NCBI GenBank assembly: GCA_964016885.1
Contig: OZ024760.1
Span: forward strand, 744,001 to 808,000
DNA: 64,000 nucleotides
Direction of reading: 5' to 3'
From: Eledone cirrhosa
Lineage: Eukaryota
The notes under the pieces: model-generated
Seen by the model: the letters and a program-made list of their open reading frames with translations, nothing else
What the model was told of the DNA's origin: nothing
Databases searched by the model: none
In this document: piece by piece, positions 62,537 to 64,000 of the stretch
How the letters are laid out: each line of letters begins with the position of its first letter
Position numbering within the stretch: the stretch's first letter is position 1
Program-made: the position numbers and the translations under genes

Positions 62537-63077
62537 TTTAACTCCGTAATAGCACCACCAACTACAAAAACAAAGACGGTTGAACTGCTTTACGTTGAGT
62601 CCTCTCTATATTATTACATTGCGATTGACCATACGGAATTGACCAGCTCTATCCAGTGGTGAACCTCAAACCTGGATATATATTTAAATATATATATTTA
62701 TATATATATATATTTATATATTTCGTTTCTGAATTTGTCTAGCAAGGTGCGTGTGTTTCTTATTGGCAACATGACCCTCCCAAAGTATAACAATATATTT
62801 ATATATATATATATTTATATACTGCCAAGAATGGAATTGCACCATCAGCACAGTTGAGTTATGTCAGACATCAACATACCCTGAATAAATACAACCTTAA
62901 CGGTTGGAGCTTCCTGGATAGCTATCTTGAAATATATATAATAAAATAAATATGGTTTTATAAATATACTTTCCATTTGTTAATATATTGTATATTTACT
63001 CCAATAATTTGTTGAGTGCTTTATATCAGTTATAAAAATATTTTTAGCTTGTATCCCAACAAATTAAATATAACCTC

Positions 63078-63111
<34 letters not shown>

Positions 63112-63182
63112 GATCCTTATCGAGGCCTCTTCGGATTATGTTCTTCATAATTATTATTACTATATATATATATGTGTGTGTA

Positions 63183-63250
<68 letters not shown>

Positions 63251-63555
63251 GATAATGGAGCATGCGTAAGGTTATTTTTTTTTTTTTTTTTTTTGTAATA
63301 CTTTTTTCTTTTATTGAGTTGGTCTTTGTAGAAACGTGTTAGAAAAATGTAATGTTCCTCCCCCTCACTCACCTTTTAACTTACTAACCCCCCCCTCTTT
63401 CTGTCCAACTCCCCCTCTCTCTTTCTGTCCAACTCCCCCTCTCCCTTCCCTCTTCCCATCCCTCTAACAAAACGCATTGGTCAGCATAAAAAAATTAATT
63501 CAGTTTAATACAATTGAGCAGATTAGGAATCTATGTATATGTATATATGTGTATG

Positions 63556-63639
<84 letters not shown>

Positions 63640-64000
63640 TGTGTGTATGTGTGTGTGTGTGAATATATGTGTATGTATGTGTATGTATGTGTATGAACAT
63701 ATTGCGTGTTTGGGAGTATGTGGGTGTGTGGTTATATTTGGTGAAGCTTATATATGTGTGTTAATGCATGTTTGCATGTATGTGTGCATGTATATGCATG
63801 TATGTGCATATATGTGTGCATATATATGCATGTATGTGTGCATATATATGCGTGTATGTGTGAATATATGTATGTATGTATGTAGGTATGCGTGTATGGA
63901 TGCAGGTATACGTGAAGTGTGCGCCTGAATTAATGGGTGTGCATCCACACGTATGTGTGAATGCGTGTATATATATATGTATCTATATATATATGTGTGT

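Overview
Repeat-saturated, AT-rich animal DNA, probably an octopod cephalopod (inferred from an abundant Octopus-type tRNA-derived SINE). I could not support any host gene. Most ORF-track entries are microsatellite translations. The one long real ORF (34248-36293, -) is an uninterrupted but 5'-truncated Penelope-like retroelement, probably Naiad clade, with RT (YRDD) and GIY-YIG domains. The main hidden signal is in the short unique islands between (AT)n tracts. They carry about 15 minimal type I hammerhead ribozyme motifs (CUGANGA...GAAA-stem III-UH) from about 8 sequence families, many as fold-back palindromes with the ribozyme on one or both strands. These look like Penelope-like terminal (pLTR) fragments inserted into (AT)n. 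Also present: fragments of CRE, RTE, possible Tx1 and CR1 LINEs, about 20 SINE copies or fragments, a TA-MITE nested in a hAT element, a TTAGGG-containing ~175-bp satellite, a tRNA-like 70-bp tandem array and several minisatellites. Coordinates and pairings were read by eye and may be off by a few bases.
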